From: Labilithrix sp.
Lineage (GTDB): Bacteria > Myxococcota_A > Polyangia > Polyangiales > Polyangiaceae
DNA length: 64,000 bases
Direction of reading: 5' to 3'
Assembly: GCA_026128965.1 (NCBI GenBank)
Contig: JAHCIY010000002.1
Coordinates: forward strand, 1,744,468-1,808,467
Position 1 is the stretch's first letter. Each line of letters opens with the position of its first letter. Below are positions 1-8,930 of this stretch, one piece after another. A program made the translations under genes and the position numbers. The notes beneath the pieces were generated by a model. It made no database searches. It was not told the origin of the DNA and saw only the letters and a list, made by a program, of their open reading frames with translations.

Positions 1-54
1 GGCCAAAAGAGTCCACTTGACTTTATTTGCGCTGGCCTCATCCTGAGCTGGGTC

Positions 55-903
55 ATGAGCTTCGATTTCACCTACACCCCGTCCCGCGGACCCGATCGAT
101 CGCAGGCGCGCCGCCAAGGCGAGGAGGCGGTCACGATCACGGAGCGCGGCTCGTACGTCGCGCCGTCCGGGCGCGAGGTCTCCGTCGCCGCCGGCGTCGA
201 GCGCGCGGTCCAGGGGACCGTCGACGTCCGGCCGGAGGAGAGCGTCGCGCTCCCGAGCCCCGGCGCGCGTCCCACGCGCACGAGCGTCGTGAACGGCACG
301 AGCCTCGCGTCGGCGCGGGCGCTCGCGCTGCGCGGCGCGCATCCGTACGTCCTGAACTTCGCGTCGGCGAAGAACCCGGGCGGAGGCTTCCTCGGCGGCG
401 CGCGCGCACAAGAGGAGTCGCTCGCGCGATCGAGCGCGCTCTACGCGTGCATCCGCCGCTCGCCGATGTACGCCCATCACCGCGCGCACGGCGACTGCCT
501 CTACACCGACTGGATGATCCACTCGCCGAGCGTCCCGGTGTTCCGCGACGACGACACCGGCGCGCTCCTCGAGGAGCCGTACCTCTGCTCCTTCCTCACC
601 GCCCCCGCTCCGAACGCGGGCGTGGTGCTGGAGCGCGAGCCCGATCGCGCGGCGGAGGTGGAGCGCACGATGCGCGCGCGCGTCCGGCGTTCGCTCGCGA
701 TCGCCGCGCGCGAAGGGCACCGCCACCTCGTCCTCGGGGCGTGGGGCTGCGGCGTCTTCAAGAACGATCCCGCCGTCGTCGCCGGCGCGTACCGCTCCGA
801 GCTCGACGGCGCCTTCGCGGGCGTCTTCGACGAGGTGGTGTTCGCGGTCCTCGATTGGTCGGACGACCGCCGCTTCGTGCGCCCGTTCGCGGAGCGCTTC
901 TAG
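55..903 (+). CDS. Bacterial-type poly(ADP-ribose) glycohydrolase-like macrodomain protein (DUF2263/TIGR02452 family)
   Basis: ORF translation carries the PARG signature GGG-X6-8-QEE (NPGGGFLGGARAQEE) and the LVLGAWGCGVF block typical of the microbial PARG/TIGR02452 family. Protein composition looks natural. Confidence 0.72.
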   Translation: MSFDFTYTPSRGPDRSQARRQGEEAVTITERGSYVAPSGREVSVAAGVERAVQGTVDVRPEESVALPSPGARPTRTSVVNGTSLASARALALRGAHPYVLNFASAKNPGGGFLGGARAQEESLARSSALYACIRRSPMYAHHRAHGDCLYTDWMIHSPSVPVFRDDDTGALLEEPYLCSFLTAPAPNAGVVLEREPDRAAEVERTMRARVRRSLAIAAREGHRHLVLGAWGCGVFKNDPAVVAGAYRSELDGAFAGVFDEVVFAVLDWSDDRRFVRPFAERF

Positions 904-904
904 C

Positions 905-1834
905 TCAGCTCCGGAATCGGTCGAATCTCTCGAGAACGATGCCTGCCGCGTTGAACATCGTTTCGACGTTGTTCGCGAAGCGGCGGGCGTCGCTCGGCGG
1001 GAGGGCCGCGAGCGGGTCGTCGCGCTCGAGCAGGCGCTCGAGGTCGGCGATCGTGAACGTGTCGGGCGCGACGGAGTCGAGCTCCGCCCACGTCAGCGGC
1101 GTCGCGACCGAGGCGCGCGGCTTCGCGCGCAGCGAGTAGGGCGCGATCGCGGTCGCCATCGTGCGGTTCCTGAGCCAGTCGACGAAGACGCGCTCGCCGC
1201 GGAGCGCGGTGCGGAACGCGATCGTCAACGTGTCGGGGTGCGCCTCCGCCAGGATCGCGGCGGCGCGATGCATCGCGAGCGCGAGGTCCTCCGCGTCGAT
1301 GCTCGGGGCGAGGCGCGCGACGAGGTGATAGCCCTTCGAGCCCGTCGCGACCGGCGTGGTCTCGAGGCCGAGCGTGCCGACGACGTCGCGCGCGAGGTGC
1401 GCCGCGCGGCGGACGAGCGCGACGTCGGCGCCCTCCGGCGGATCGAGGTCGATGACGACGCGATCGGGGTGAGTGATGTCCTCGATCCGCGACGTCGTGA
1501 CGTGGAGCTCGATCGCGCCCTGGTTCGCGACGTAGGGGAGGTGCTCCGCCTCCGTGATCACGGGGTAGCTCGTGATGCCGGGCGCCTTCTCGCCCCGCCG
1601 CGGCTGGCGCGGCGCCTCGAAGCGGCCGAACGTCGGCGGGTAGTGCGCGGGCACGTTCTTCTGGAAGAAGCCGGGGCCGGCGAGGCCCTTCGGGAAGCGC
1701 CGGAGCGAGAGCGGGCGCGCGAGCAGGTGCGGCAGCGCGCGCGGCGCGATGCGCTCGTAATACGCGACGACGTCGCCCTTCGTGCGGCCGATGGCGGGGA
1801 ACACGACGCGGTCCGCGTTCGAGACGGCGACCAT
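905..1834 (-). CDS. NHEJ DNA polymerase/primase, LigD polymerase domain (stand-alone)
   Basis: 309-aa ORF with a LigD-Pol-like fold and motifs (GFFQKN..., [20 protein letters not shown]). There is no ligase or nuclease domain in this ORF. It is separated from the PARG-like gene by 1 nt, tail-to-tail. Confidence 0.72.
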   Translation of the reverse strand: MVAVSNADRVVFPAIGRTKGDVVAYYERIAPRALPHLLARPLSLRRFPKGLAGPGFFQKNVPAHYPPTFGRFEAPRQPRRGEKAPGITSYPVITEAEHLPYVANQGAIELHVTTSRIEDITHPDRVVIDLDPPEGADVALVRRAAHLARDVVGTLGLETTPVATGSKGYHLVARLAPSIDAEDLALAMHRAAAILAEAHPDTLTIAFRTALRGERVFVDWLRNRTMATAIAPYSLRAKPRASVATPLTWAELDSVAPDTFTIADLERLLERDDPLAALPPSDARRFANNVETMFNAAGIVLERFDRFRS

Positions 1835-1884
1835 CCACGGCCGAGCCTACCCCAGCCCGAAACGAGCGTGCTAAGAGCCTCGTC

Positions 1885-2853
1885 ATGGCTGCTGCTGCTG
1901 GTGCTGCTTCTGCTGCGACGCGGCTCGAGGAGCATCGGGTCGCGCTCACCGGTCACTGCTACCGCATGCTCGGCTCCGCGGCCGAGGCCGACGACGCGGT
2001 GCAAGAGACGATGGTGCGCGCGTGGAAGAGCCTCGATCGCTTCGAGGAGCGCGCGGCGGTGAAGACGTGGCTCTACCGCATCGCGACCAACGTGTGCCTC
2101 GACGCGCTCGCGGCGGCGAAGAAGTCGCGTGTGCGGCCGATCGACGGCCCGGCGGGGACGACGGAGGACGAGCTCGTCGCGTACGAGCGCACGCACTGGC
2201 TCGAGCCGATCCCCGACGCGAAGGCGATCCCCTCCGACGCCGATCCCTCCGAGGCGGCGGTGCTGAAGGAGAGCATCCGCCTCGCGTTCGTCGCCGCGCT
2301 TCAGCACCTGCCTCCGCGCCAGCGCGCGGCGCTCTTGCTCACGGAGGTGCTCGGCTGGTCCGCGGCCGAGGTGGCGGACGCGCTCGAGATGACGGTGGCG
2401 GCGGTGAACAGCGGCCTCCAGCGCGCGCGCGCGACGCTCGCGACGAAGGACGTCGCGGCGCACACGCCGCTCACCGCGAAGCAGGAGGAGCTCGTCGATC
2501 GGTACGTCGCCGCGTTCGCGACCTACGACGTCGACGGCCTCGTGTCGCTCCTCCGCGACGACGCGCGCTTCTGCATGCCGCCGTATTCGCTCTGGCTCCA
2601 GGGCCGCGCGCCGGTCCGCGCGTGGCTCCTCGGCCGCGGCAGCGGCTGCCGCGGCTCGAAGGTCGTCCGCACGACCGGCGCCTGCGGCCACCCCGCCTTC
2701 GCGCATTACCGCGTGAACCCCGACGGCGGCTTCAAGGCCTTCTCCCTCACCGTCCTCGAGCTCGACGAATCCTCCATCACCGGCTGGACCTCCTTCCTCG
2801 ACGTCGAGACGCTGTTCCCCCTCTTCGGCCTGCCGCTGACGCTGCCCGAATAA
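1885..2853 (+). CDS. ECF-type RNA polymerase sigma factor with C-terminal SnoaL/NTF2-like extension
   Basis: Sigma-70 regions 2 and 4 are recognisable ([46 protein letters not shown]), followed by a C-terminal extension of about 130 aa. It is divergent from the LigD-Pol gene. Confidence 0.8.
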   Translation: MAAAAGAASAATRLEEHRVALTGHCYRMLGSAAEADDAVQETMVRAWKSLDRFEERAAVKTWLYRIATNVCLDALAAAKKSRVRPIDGPAGTTEDELVAYERTHWLEPIPDAKAIPSDADPSEAAVLKESIRLAFVAALQHLPPRQRAALLLTEVLGWSAAEVADALEMTVAAVNSGLQRARATLATKDVAAHTPLTAKQEELVDRYVAAFATYDVDGLVSLLRDDARFCMPPYSLWLQGRAPVRAWLLGRGSGCRGSKVVRTTGACGHPAFAHYRVNPDGGFKAFSLTVLELDESSITGWTSFLDVETLFPLFGLPLTLPE

Positions 2854-2925
2854 GATCCGAGCGACCGATGATTCCGCGCGGGGAGGGGAGTCCAAGAGAC
2901 GAACCCTCAACGAAAGGACGTCGTC

Positions 2926-3336
2926 ATGGCCGCACGCAGCATCTTCGTGAACCTCCCCGTCAAGGACCTCGAGAAGACCAAGGCCTTCTTCGCCAAGCTC
3001 GGCTTCACGTACAACGCGCAGTTCACGGACCAGAACGCGGCGTGTCTGGTCGTGAGCGAGCTCGGCTATGTCATGTTGCTCCAGGAGGAGTTCTTCAAGA
3101 CGTTCACCAAGCGCCCGATCTCCAACGCGCACGAGCAGACCGAGGCGCTCTTCGCGCTGTCGTGCGAGAGCCGCGCGGAGGTCGACGCGCTCGTGAGGAC
3201 CGCGCTCGAGAACGGCGGCTCCGCCGCGATGCCGCCGCAGGACCACGGCTTCATGTACGGCGCGAGCTTCTACGACCTCGACGGTCACCACTGGGAGGTC
3301 CTCTGGATGGACCCCGCCCACGTGCAGAAGAGCTGA
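2926..3336 (+). CDS. VOC (glyoxalase/bleomycin-resistance-like) family protein
   Basis: 136-aa ORF with a natural composition and a VOC-like beta-alpha-beta-beta-beta pattern. An RBS (gaaaggacg) precedes the ATG. Confidence 0.65.
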   Translation: MAARSIFVNLPVKDLEKTKAFFAKLGFTYNAQFTDQNAACLVVSELGYVMLLQEEFFKTFTKRPISNAHEQTEALFALSCESRAEVDALVRTALENGGSAAMPPQDHGFMYGASFYDLDGHHWEVLWMDPAHVQKS

Positions 3337-3356
3337 GCGCTTGGTCTCGATGCTGC

Positions 3357-3386
3357 TTCCACCTCCTACGAAAGGAGGCTCTAACG
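3357..3386 (+). promoter_or_regulatory. Anti-Shine-Dalgarno hairpin (ROSE-like RNA-thermometer candidate) in the hsp20 leader
   Basis: The leader reads ttcc-aCCTCCt-acgaa-AGGAGG-ctctaacg-ATG. CCTCC can pair with the GGAGG Shine-Dalgarno, giving a 5-bp stem and 7-nt loop that would occlude the RBS of a small heat-shock gene. Confidence 0.3.
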
Positions 3387-3893
3387 ATGGAACGGAAGCA
3401 GAATCAAGGCATCCAGCGCGCGAGCGAAGGCACGCCTCAGCGTGCGATGTCGCCGTTCACCACGGTCCGCCGAATGATGGAGGACATGGACCGCATCTTC
3501 GGCGGATGGGGTGGCGGCCTCTCGAGCTGGGACGAGCGCGAGGACATGGCTCGAGCGTGGCACCCTCAGGTCGAGGTGTTCCAGCGCGGTGAGGACCTCG
3601 TCGTTCGCGCCGACCTGCCCGGGCTCGAGAGCAAGGACGTCGACGTCGAGCTCGACGACGACGGGATCACGATCAAGGGCGAGCGCCGCGCCGAGCACGA
3701 GGAGACCAAGGAAGGGATCTTCCACAGCGAGCGATCGTACGGCTCGTTCCGGCGCCGCATCCCGCTGCCGTCCGGCATCGTCGCGAGCGACTGCGACGCG
3801 CTCTTCCAGAACGGCGTCCTCGAGGTGACGCTCAAGCTCCCGAAGATCGCCTCGCACAAGGTCCAGATCCGCGGCAACGGCGAGCCGCACTAG
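3387..3893 (+). CDS. Hsp20/alpha-crystallin family small heat-shock protein
   Basis: C-terminal 168 codons of ORF 2022..3893. The alpha-crystallin domain is clear (VEVFQRGEDLVVRADLPGLESKDVDVELDDDGITIKGER...GVLEVTLKLPK). A strong SD (aaaggagg) lies 8 nt upstream, and the ATG at 3387 is in frame with the track. Confidence 0.85.
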   Translation: MERKQNQGIQRASEGTPQRAMSPFTTVRRMMEDMDRIFGGWGGGLSSWDEREDMARAWHPQVEVFQRGEDLVVRADLPGLESKDVDVELDDDGITIKGERRAEHEETKEGIFHSERSYGSFRRRIPLPSGIVASDCDALFQNGVLEVTLKLPKIASHKVQIRGNGEPH

Positions 3894-3908
3894 GAGCAGG
3901 AGCTCGCG

Positions 3909-4061
3909 ATGAACGATCCACGCACCAAGGAACAGGCCGCCAAGCAGCAGGCCGAGCACAAGCCGACGAAGGACGACCTCCACGAGCAGCGCGAGCGCGA
4001 GCAGCAGCAAGAGGGCGCCGTCCACCCCAACACCCCGAAGGCCCCGCTCCCGCAGAAATGA
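3909..4061 (+). CDS. Small hydrophilic K/E/Q-rich protein (50 aa), possibly stress-associated
   Basis: Below the ORF-track size cutoff. ATG is preceded by aggagcaggag. GC3 is very high and the composition is non-artefactual. It sits directly downstream of hsp20. Confidence 0.3.
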   Translation: MNDPRTKEQAAKQQAEHKPTKDDLHEQREREQQQEGAVHPNTPKAPLPQK

Positions 4062-4069
4062 GGAACGTG

Positions 4070-4243
4070 ATGAACCAGGACCCGAAGAGGCAGCAGCAAT
4101 GGACGCCGCAAGACGGCGTCAATGAAAAGAACGAAAAAAACGAAAAAGACGGCGCCGGCGTGCGCTTCGTGCCGTCGGAGGCGCCTTCGAAGCTCGAGCC
4201 GACACCGGAGAAGGCGCGCGAGCAAGAGAACGCCCGCCACTGA
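4070..4243 (+). CDS. Small hydrophilic protein (57 aa) with NEKNEKNEK repeat
   Basis: Part of ORF 4058..4243. The internal ATG at 4070 has a gagga RBS 5 nt upstream. Codon usage looks coding-like. Confidence 0.3.
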   Translation: MNQDPKRQQQWTPQDGVNEKNEKNEKDGAGVRFVPSEAPSKLEPTPEKAREQENARH

Positions 4244-4291
4244 GCGGTCCGCGCGGCCGCGGGCTTCGGCCCGCCCCGCGCCGGCGGCTCG

Positions 4292-5323
4292 TCAGTCGAT
4301 CGCGACGTCGTCGAGCCAGACCGTGCCGACGGTGGACGGCACGATGCCGGGGGCGGAGCCGATCTCGATCGCTCGGATCGCGCTCGTGCCCGACGGATCG
4401 CCGGCGAGCCCCTGCGTCCGCGGCGCGGGGAACGCCGAGCCGAGCGGCGCCGCGACGGTGGTGAGCGTCTTCGTGCGGAGGTCCACCGTGAGGACGACGC
4501 GGACCGGAGCGTCCTCCGGCACCGGCCACACGACGTCCCCGACGCCGAGGCCGGTCGCGGCGTCGGAGCGCGTCTCCTCAATGACCGAGAGGCCGCAGCT
4601 CTCGAGCCGGAGGTGGAGCCACGAGCCCGCGCCCGTGACGATCCGCGCGATCGTGAGGCCGCTCGCGAGGAGGCGCGTGCGCAGGGTGAACGCGACGCGG
4701 ATCGCGCACGCGTCGGGCTGCGCGATGGTGAGGTAGTCGTTCTTCTGTCGATACGCGATGCGGAGGCTGGCGCCGCCGGCGAGCGGCTCGGCGCGATCGA
4801 TCTGGAAGGCGCTCGGATCGGTCGCGGTCCACGACGGATCGAGCCCGTCCTCGAACCCCGTCTGCACGGCGCGCGCACCGCACGACGGACCGGGGCCGGG
4901 ATCCGGCGCCGCGCCCGCTCCTCCGTCCGCCGCGTTCGGGCAGACGAGCCCGCCCGCGTCGTGCTCGGGGAGCATCACGCACGTCCCCTCGAAGCAGGCG
5001 GCGCGCTGGGGTGCGCAGGCCATCCCGCAGATGCCGCCCATCGGCGCGCCCGGCTGCGTACATGCTTCGAGCACCGCCGCGTGCGCGCGCTCCGCCTCAC
5101 CGCGCGCGATCGCGCCGTACCCGCAGCACTGCGAGCACTCACGGACGGCGACGACGACCACGCAGTCGGCGTCGCCCGCGCACGTGCGCGTCGCGCCGGC
5201 GGGAGCAAAGGTGTAGCTCGAATCGACGACGTTACCGTTTTCGTCGTTTCCGCCTCCACGAGCACACGCGAGGAGCGCCGCGGCCGACGCCGCTGCGACC
5301 AAAAGAATCGATTTTGCCAACAT
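4292..5323 (-). CDS. Secreted Cys-rich lipoprotein, hypothetical
   Basis: Signal peptide with lipobox (MLAKSILLVAAASAAALLAC), 343 aa, many Cys pairs, natural composition. Confidence 0.5.
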   Translation of the reverse strand: MLAKSILLVAAASAAALLACARGGGNDENGNVVDSSYTFAPAGATRTCAGDADCVVVVAVRECSQCCGYGAIARGEAERAHAAVLEACTQPGAPMGGICGMACAPQRAACFEGTCVMLPEHDAGGLVCPNAADGGAGAAPDPGPGPSCGARAVQTGFEDGLDPSWTATDPSAFQIDRAEPLAGGASLRIAYRQKNDYLTIAQPDACAIRVAFTLRTRLLASGLTIARIVTGAGSWLHLRLESCGLSVIEETRSDAATGLGVGDVVWPVPEDAPVRVVLTVDLRTKTLTTVAAPLGSAFPAPRTQGLAGDPSGTSAIRAIEIGSAPGIVPSTVGTVWLDDVAID

Positions 5324-5363
5324 GCTCGATCCAGTCTAGCGCCTCGCGACGCGTGTCCAGACG

Positions 5364-5875
5364 TCAGTCGAAGAGCTGCGCGACGCGGATCTCTACGTCC
5401 GCAAATGCCTGCGGGCGAAGGATGTCTTGCCCGGTAAATGTCGCGAGGGATGCGTAGCGCTCTCCCTGCGGCGACGAATACACCTCCAATGTGCGCGACG
5501 AGACGTCGACGATCCAATACTCGGGCACACCTGACGAGGCGTAGAGGGGCGCCTTGGTCTCACGGTGGTACGTCAGGGAGGACTCCGCCACCTCGATGAG
5601 CAAGTGCGCGCGATCCGGGTGAGCCTTCTGGTGGGGGCTCCGGCTCGGAGTCGTCGACCGCGACGAAGGGAAGCTGAACACGAACACGCGCACGGGAGAC
5701 GAGCGCGAGCACCAACAGCTCCGTGAGTCGCTCGATGGGATCTGCGTGTGGCGGGTCCATCGGCGCGGGCGGATGACGATGCCGTGGATGAGCTCCACGT
5801 TCTCGCCCGCGAAAAAGCCAAGCTGGACGAGCCGGTCGTACTCCGCTCGCGAGAGACGACGAGGCTCGGGTTGGC
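5364..5875 (-). pseudogene. Uma2-family (DUF820) endonuclease, disrupted by two frameshifts
   Basis: The N-terminal segment (RLSRAEYDRLVQLGFFAGENVELIHGIVI) and C-terminal segment (HPDRAHLLIEVAESSLTYHRETKAPLYASSGVPEYWIVD) lie in the frame of ORF 5364..6440. The middle segment (MDPPHADPIERLTELLVLALVS...RVQLPFVAVDDSEPEPP) lies in the frame of ORF 5560..7110. Frame switches are near 5761-5772 and near the C-run at about 5620-5630. Confidence 0.5.
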
Positions 5876-5988
5876 GGGCTCGCGCGACCACGACAACATA
5901 GCACGCCAACCCGAACGTGTACGGACGTGCGGCGCGACGTCGGGGTGGGGCGATTGGCGGCCTCACGCATCTGCGGTAGAGCACGGCG

Positions 5989-8184
5989 ATGCATTCGGGG
6001 CCGCCGCACCATTCCGGTCCGCCGCGCCCGTACTCGTACCCGAGCGGACCGCCGCGACCGCCGTTCGCGCAGGCTGCTCCGGACGAGGCCGCGAGCTTCG
6101 CGCCGACGATCGTGGTCAACGCCGCGTGCATCGGCCTGGTCGTCATCTCGCTCCTCCTCTTCCTCCTCATGGCGCGCCTTCTCATCGCGACCGTGGGTAC
6201 GACGAGCGGGCTCGTCGCGGTGGGCCACGGCCTCGCTGGTATCGCCGCGCTGTCGGGCGCGATCGGGGTTCGCTCCGGGCGCCTCTCCCTCGCGGTCGTC
6301 GGTCTCCTGTCGTGCCCGCTCGCCGGCGTCGCGTCTCTCTTTGCGCTCCTGACGGGATCGATCGCGGGGATCGCCGGCGGCGCGGCCTCGTTCATCACGC
6401 TCGTCCTCGTCGTGATCTCGCTCGGCGACGTCTCGCGCATGGGCGCGGCGCGGAGGGCGCTCCGGCGCGGGCTGGCGACGGAGGTCGCTCCGCCGAGCGG
6501 CCCGCTCTCGGCCGATCTCCCGCGCGTGCGCCCGCGGCGCTGGCCGGTCGTCGTCGTGCTCCTCGCGATCGTCGTGCTCGGCGGCGGTGGCGCCGCGTTC
6601 GGCGTTCGCTACGCCGCCCGCGCCGAGCGCGAGAAGGAGGTGACGGCGTTCCGCGCGCTCGAGGAGTGTCTCCTCGGCGGAGGGGCGGGACCGGACGTGG
6701 CTCCGAGCCTCGCCTACCGGAGGATGGAGATTCGCCTCGCGGTGGCGCCTCCATCGACGAACCCGTGGCCGGCTCGCTGCGCGACCCACGCGCACGCGCT
6801 GCACGAGGCGAAGCGGCGCGCGGGCACCGACAAGGAGGCGCGGGACGCGGCGTTCTTCGCCGAGCATCTCGGACGCCTCCTCGCCGACCCGCGCGACGGC
6901 TCGGTCTACAAGGCGGTCGATGATCTCTGGGCCGCGGCGGCGCAGGAAGGCTACGCGTCGAGCGGCACGATCGGCACGAGCGCGGAAGCGGGGCCTTCGC
7001 CGCCGCCCTGGCTCGACATCGACGCGCTCGGCCGCGTGACGCCGTTCTCGAAGCCGCGGATGTCGCTCAAGCTCCTGCGGAGCGATCGCATCCCGGCGCC
7101 GGCGCTCCACGTCCTCGTCGACGGCTCACGCCAGCTTCGATCGGGCAGGCTTTGCACCCTCGACGGGGTGACGTTCCGGTGTCAGGCGCTCGCTTCTCCG
7201 CTCGACGAGACCGAGCTCTCGCTGAGCGGCGGGAGCGAGGAGACGGCCGCGCCGCTGCTCTTCGCCAACGGCGGGCAGGCCGGCATCTTCCGGCCGAGCG
7301 GTGAGGTCCTCGCGGAGCTCGCGAGCTATGGTGGTTACGCGCGCGCCGACGGCTCCACCGCGATCGTCGGCTACGACCGCCGCGCATCCAAGTTCGTCGC
7401 TCTCCGCGCGGAGAACGGCGCCGCGCCGAAGCGCACGCTGTTCCCGCTGAAGGGCGTGACGGACGATCGGCACGTCGCGCTCCTCGACGACAACCTCGTC
7501 TGGGCGACGAGCGCGGGCGTCTCCGTCGCGCGCCTCCTCCGCTCCGGCGAGGTGCTCGGAGCCGCGACCGAGCTCGGCGGCGCCGAGCGCCTCGGCTTCG
7601 TGGAGTCGATGGAGGGGTGTCGCAGCAGCGACGCCTTCTTCGTCCTCGTCCACGGCTCGCGCGGATCCGCGCTCGCGATCGACACCGGCGACCGCTGGTC
7701 ACCGCTCGTCCCCGTCGGCGGTGGAACGTTCGACTGCTCCGGCAAGGAGGTGCTCATGCTGGACCAAGAGGTCCGTCTCGGAGGCACCGGCGCGATCTCG
7801 CTCGAACGGTGCACCGCTGCCGGCTGCACGACGGAGAACGTCGACCTCGACGAGGTCTTTCAGCAGAACGTCGAGCTCCTTCCCAAGGTCGCTCCGCTGG
7901 CCGTGCCGCTCGACGGGAAGCTGCTCCTCGTCTGGCGAGCCGGGCTGCGCGGCGGCGTCCGGATGCGCCTCGCGCCGGTGGACCACATCGCCGCGACCGA
8001 GGACGTCATCGTGTTCGACGACCGGATCCAGAACGGCCGGGTGTCGGAGCGGAGCAACCTCCTCGAGCTCCGGGGCTGGTCACGTCAGGGCCGAGCCATC
8101 GTCTTCCTCGGAACGACGTCAGGCGTGTGGCCGCTCGTCATCGACACGAGCGGCAAGGTCACGCCGATCGATACCGTCCCCTGA
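5989..8184 (+). CDS. Hypothetical membrane protein with Pro-rich N-terminus
   Basis: 731-aa ORF with an N-terminal PxxP-rich stretch, about four predicted TM helices (residues roughly 40-150) and a long C-terminal domain of normal composition. No family was recognised. Confidence 0.5.
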   Translation: MHSGPPHHSGPPRPYSYPSGPPRPPFAQAAPDEAASFAPTIVVNAACIGLVVISLLLFLLMARLLIATVGTTSGLVAVGHGLAGIAALSGAIGVRSGRLSLAVVGLLSCPLAGVASLFALLTGSIAGIAGGAASFITLVLVVISLGDVSRMGAARRALRRGLATEVAPPSGPLSADLPRVRPRRWPVVVVLLAIVVLGGGGAAFGVRYAARAEREKEVTAFRALEECLLGGGAGPDVAPSLAYRRMEIRLAVAPPSTNPWPARCATHAHALHEAKRRAGTDKEARDAAFFAEHLGRLLADPRDGSVYKAVDDLWAAAAQEGYASSGTIGTSAEAGPSPPPWLDIDALGRVTPFSKPRMSLKLLRSDRIPAPALHVLVDGSRQLRSGRLCTLDGVTFRCQALASPLDETELSLSGGSEETAAPLLFANGGQAGIFRPSGEVLAELASYGGYARADGSTAIVGYDRRASKFVALRAENGAAPKRTLFPLKGVTDDRHVALLDDNLVWATSAGVSVARLLRSGEVLGAATELGGAERLGFVESMEGCRSSDAFFVLVHGSRGSALAIDTGDRWSPLVPVGGGTFDCSGKEVLMLDQEVRLGGTGAISLERCTAAGCTTENVDLDEVFQQNVELLPKVAPLAVPLDGKLLLVWRAGLRGGVRMRLAPVDHIAATEDVIVFDDRIQNGRVSERSNLLELRGWSRQGRAIVFLGTTSGVWPLVIDTSGKVTPIDTVP

Positions 8185-8239
8185 CCGGATCCCTACAGCG
8201 CGCTCAGCCGAGCGGCGGCGCCGCGCCGACGGTATCGCT

Positions 8240-8450
8240 CGGCCCCTCGCGAGCGCTGCGCCTTGGGGCCGTGACACCAACATCAGAGGCGCGCCGAGGA
8301 GTGTCGTACCCGGTACCACGCGGACCAGGCGCCCGTGTGTCACTTCGGCGGCGACCAAGAATGAGGGCACGAGCGCAACGCCCGCCCCCGACACGGCGAG
8401 CGCCGCGAGAACCTGGAAGTCGGCGCACTCGACCGAGGCGGAGGCGTGGC
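8240..8450 (-). pseudogene. LysR-family regulator C-terminal fragment (remnant)
   Basis: Within ORF 8119..9132 only a stretch of about 70 aa looks like protein. It resembles a LysR substrate-binding-domain C-terminus (DFQVLAALAVSGAGVALVPSFLVAAEVTHGRLVRVVPG...PLMLVSRPQ). The rest of that ORF is Arg-rich artefact. Confidence 0.22.
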
Positions 8451-8584
8451 GCCGAGCCCCATGAAGGCGCGAGTGCCGCGCGGCGGTAGCGGCCAGAGCC
8501 CATCGTGGTGGCGCAGCTCCTCGATGCGCGAAGGCGTGCACCGACGCTCCAGGTACGACATCATCTCGGTCCCGGAGACACCGG

Positions 8585-8826
8585 GACCCGCAGCCCGGCT
8601 GCTCGCCGAGGTCGATTCCAACGGCGCGTGGGATCTCCACCTCACGCCGGCGAGCCTCTACTACCAGTCGGGATGCGACGGCAGCATCTGGCGCGTCGAC
8701 CGCACCACCGGATCGGCTGAAGTCGTCGCGCAGAAGGCGGAGAAGACGCAGCGTGCGAGAATGATCGCGGATGGAGGATTCCTCTACTACCTCGATTCGG
8801 GCAAGCTCTTTCGCCTTGCGATGTGA
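8585..8826 (+). other. Orphan C-terminal coding fragment of unknown protein
   Basis: The last roughly 80 codons of ORF 8446..8826 have high GC3 and a natural sequence (LLAEVDSNGAWDLHLTPASLYYQSGCDGSIWRVDRTTGSAEVVAQKAEK...YYLDSGKLFRLAM). The upstream part of the ORF is artefactual, so this looks like a gene fragment. Confidence 0.22.
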
Positions 8827-8930
8827 GTCGGCGCGGCCGTCCCCTGACCGCGCATCCGTGATCCGCACGTTCTCGAAGGACGCCCTCCCAGGTGACTCCG
8901 CCCGCGACGAAGTCGATGTAGTCTCGCATC

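Noticed and set aside
17-45. Sigma70-like -35 hexamer TTGACT upstream of the PARG-like gene
   Set aside because: No convincing -10 element at 16-18 bp spacing (catcct). Promoter consensus in this lineage is uncertain.
1558-3321. Long Arg/Ala/Gly/Pro-rich ORFs antisense to, or out of frame with, real genes (e.g. 1558..3321 -, 25003..27648 -, 5560..7110 -, 37837..39888 -, and the N-terminal part of 2022..3893 +)
   Set aside because: Composition typical of non-coding frames in about 72% GC DNA. No motifs. They overlap well-supported genes in other frames.
8446-8584. Full-length 8446..8826 ORF as a gene
   Set aside because: The N-terminal 45 codons are Arg/Ser-rich artefact. Only the C-terminal part looks coding, so it is reported as a fragment.
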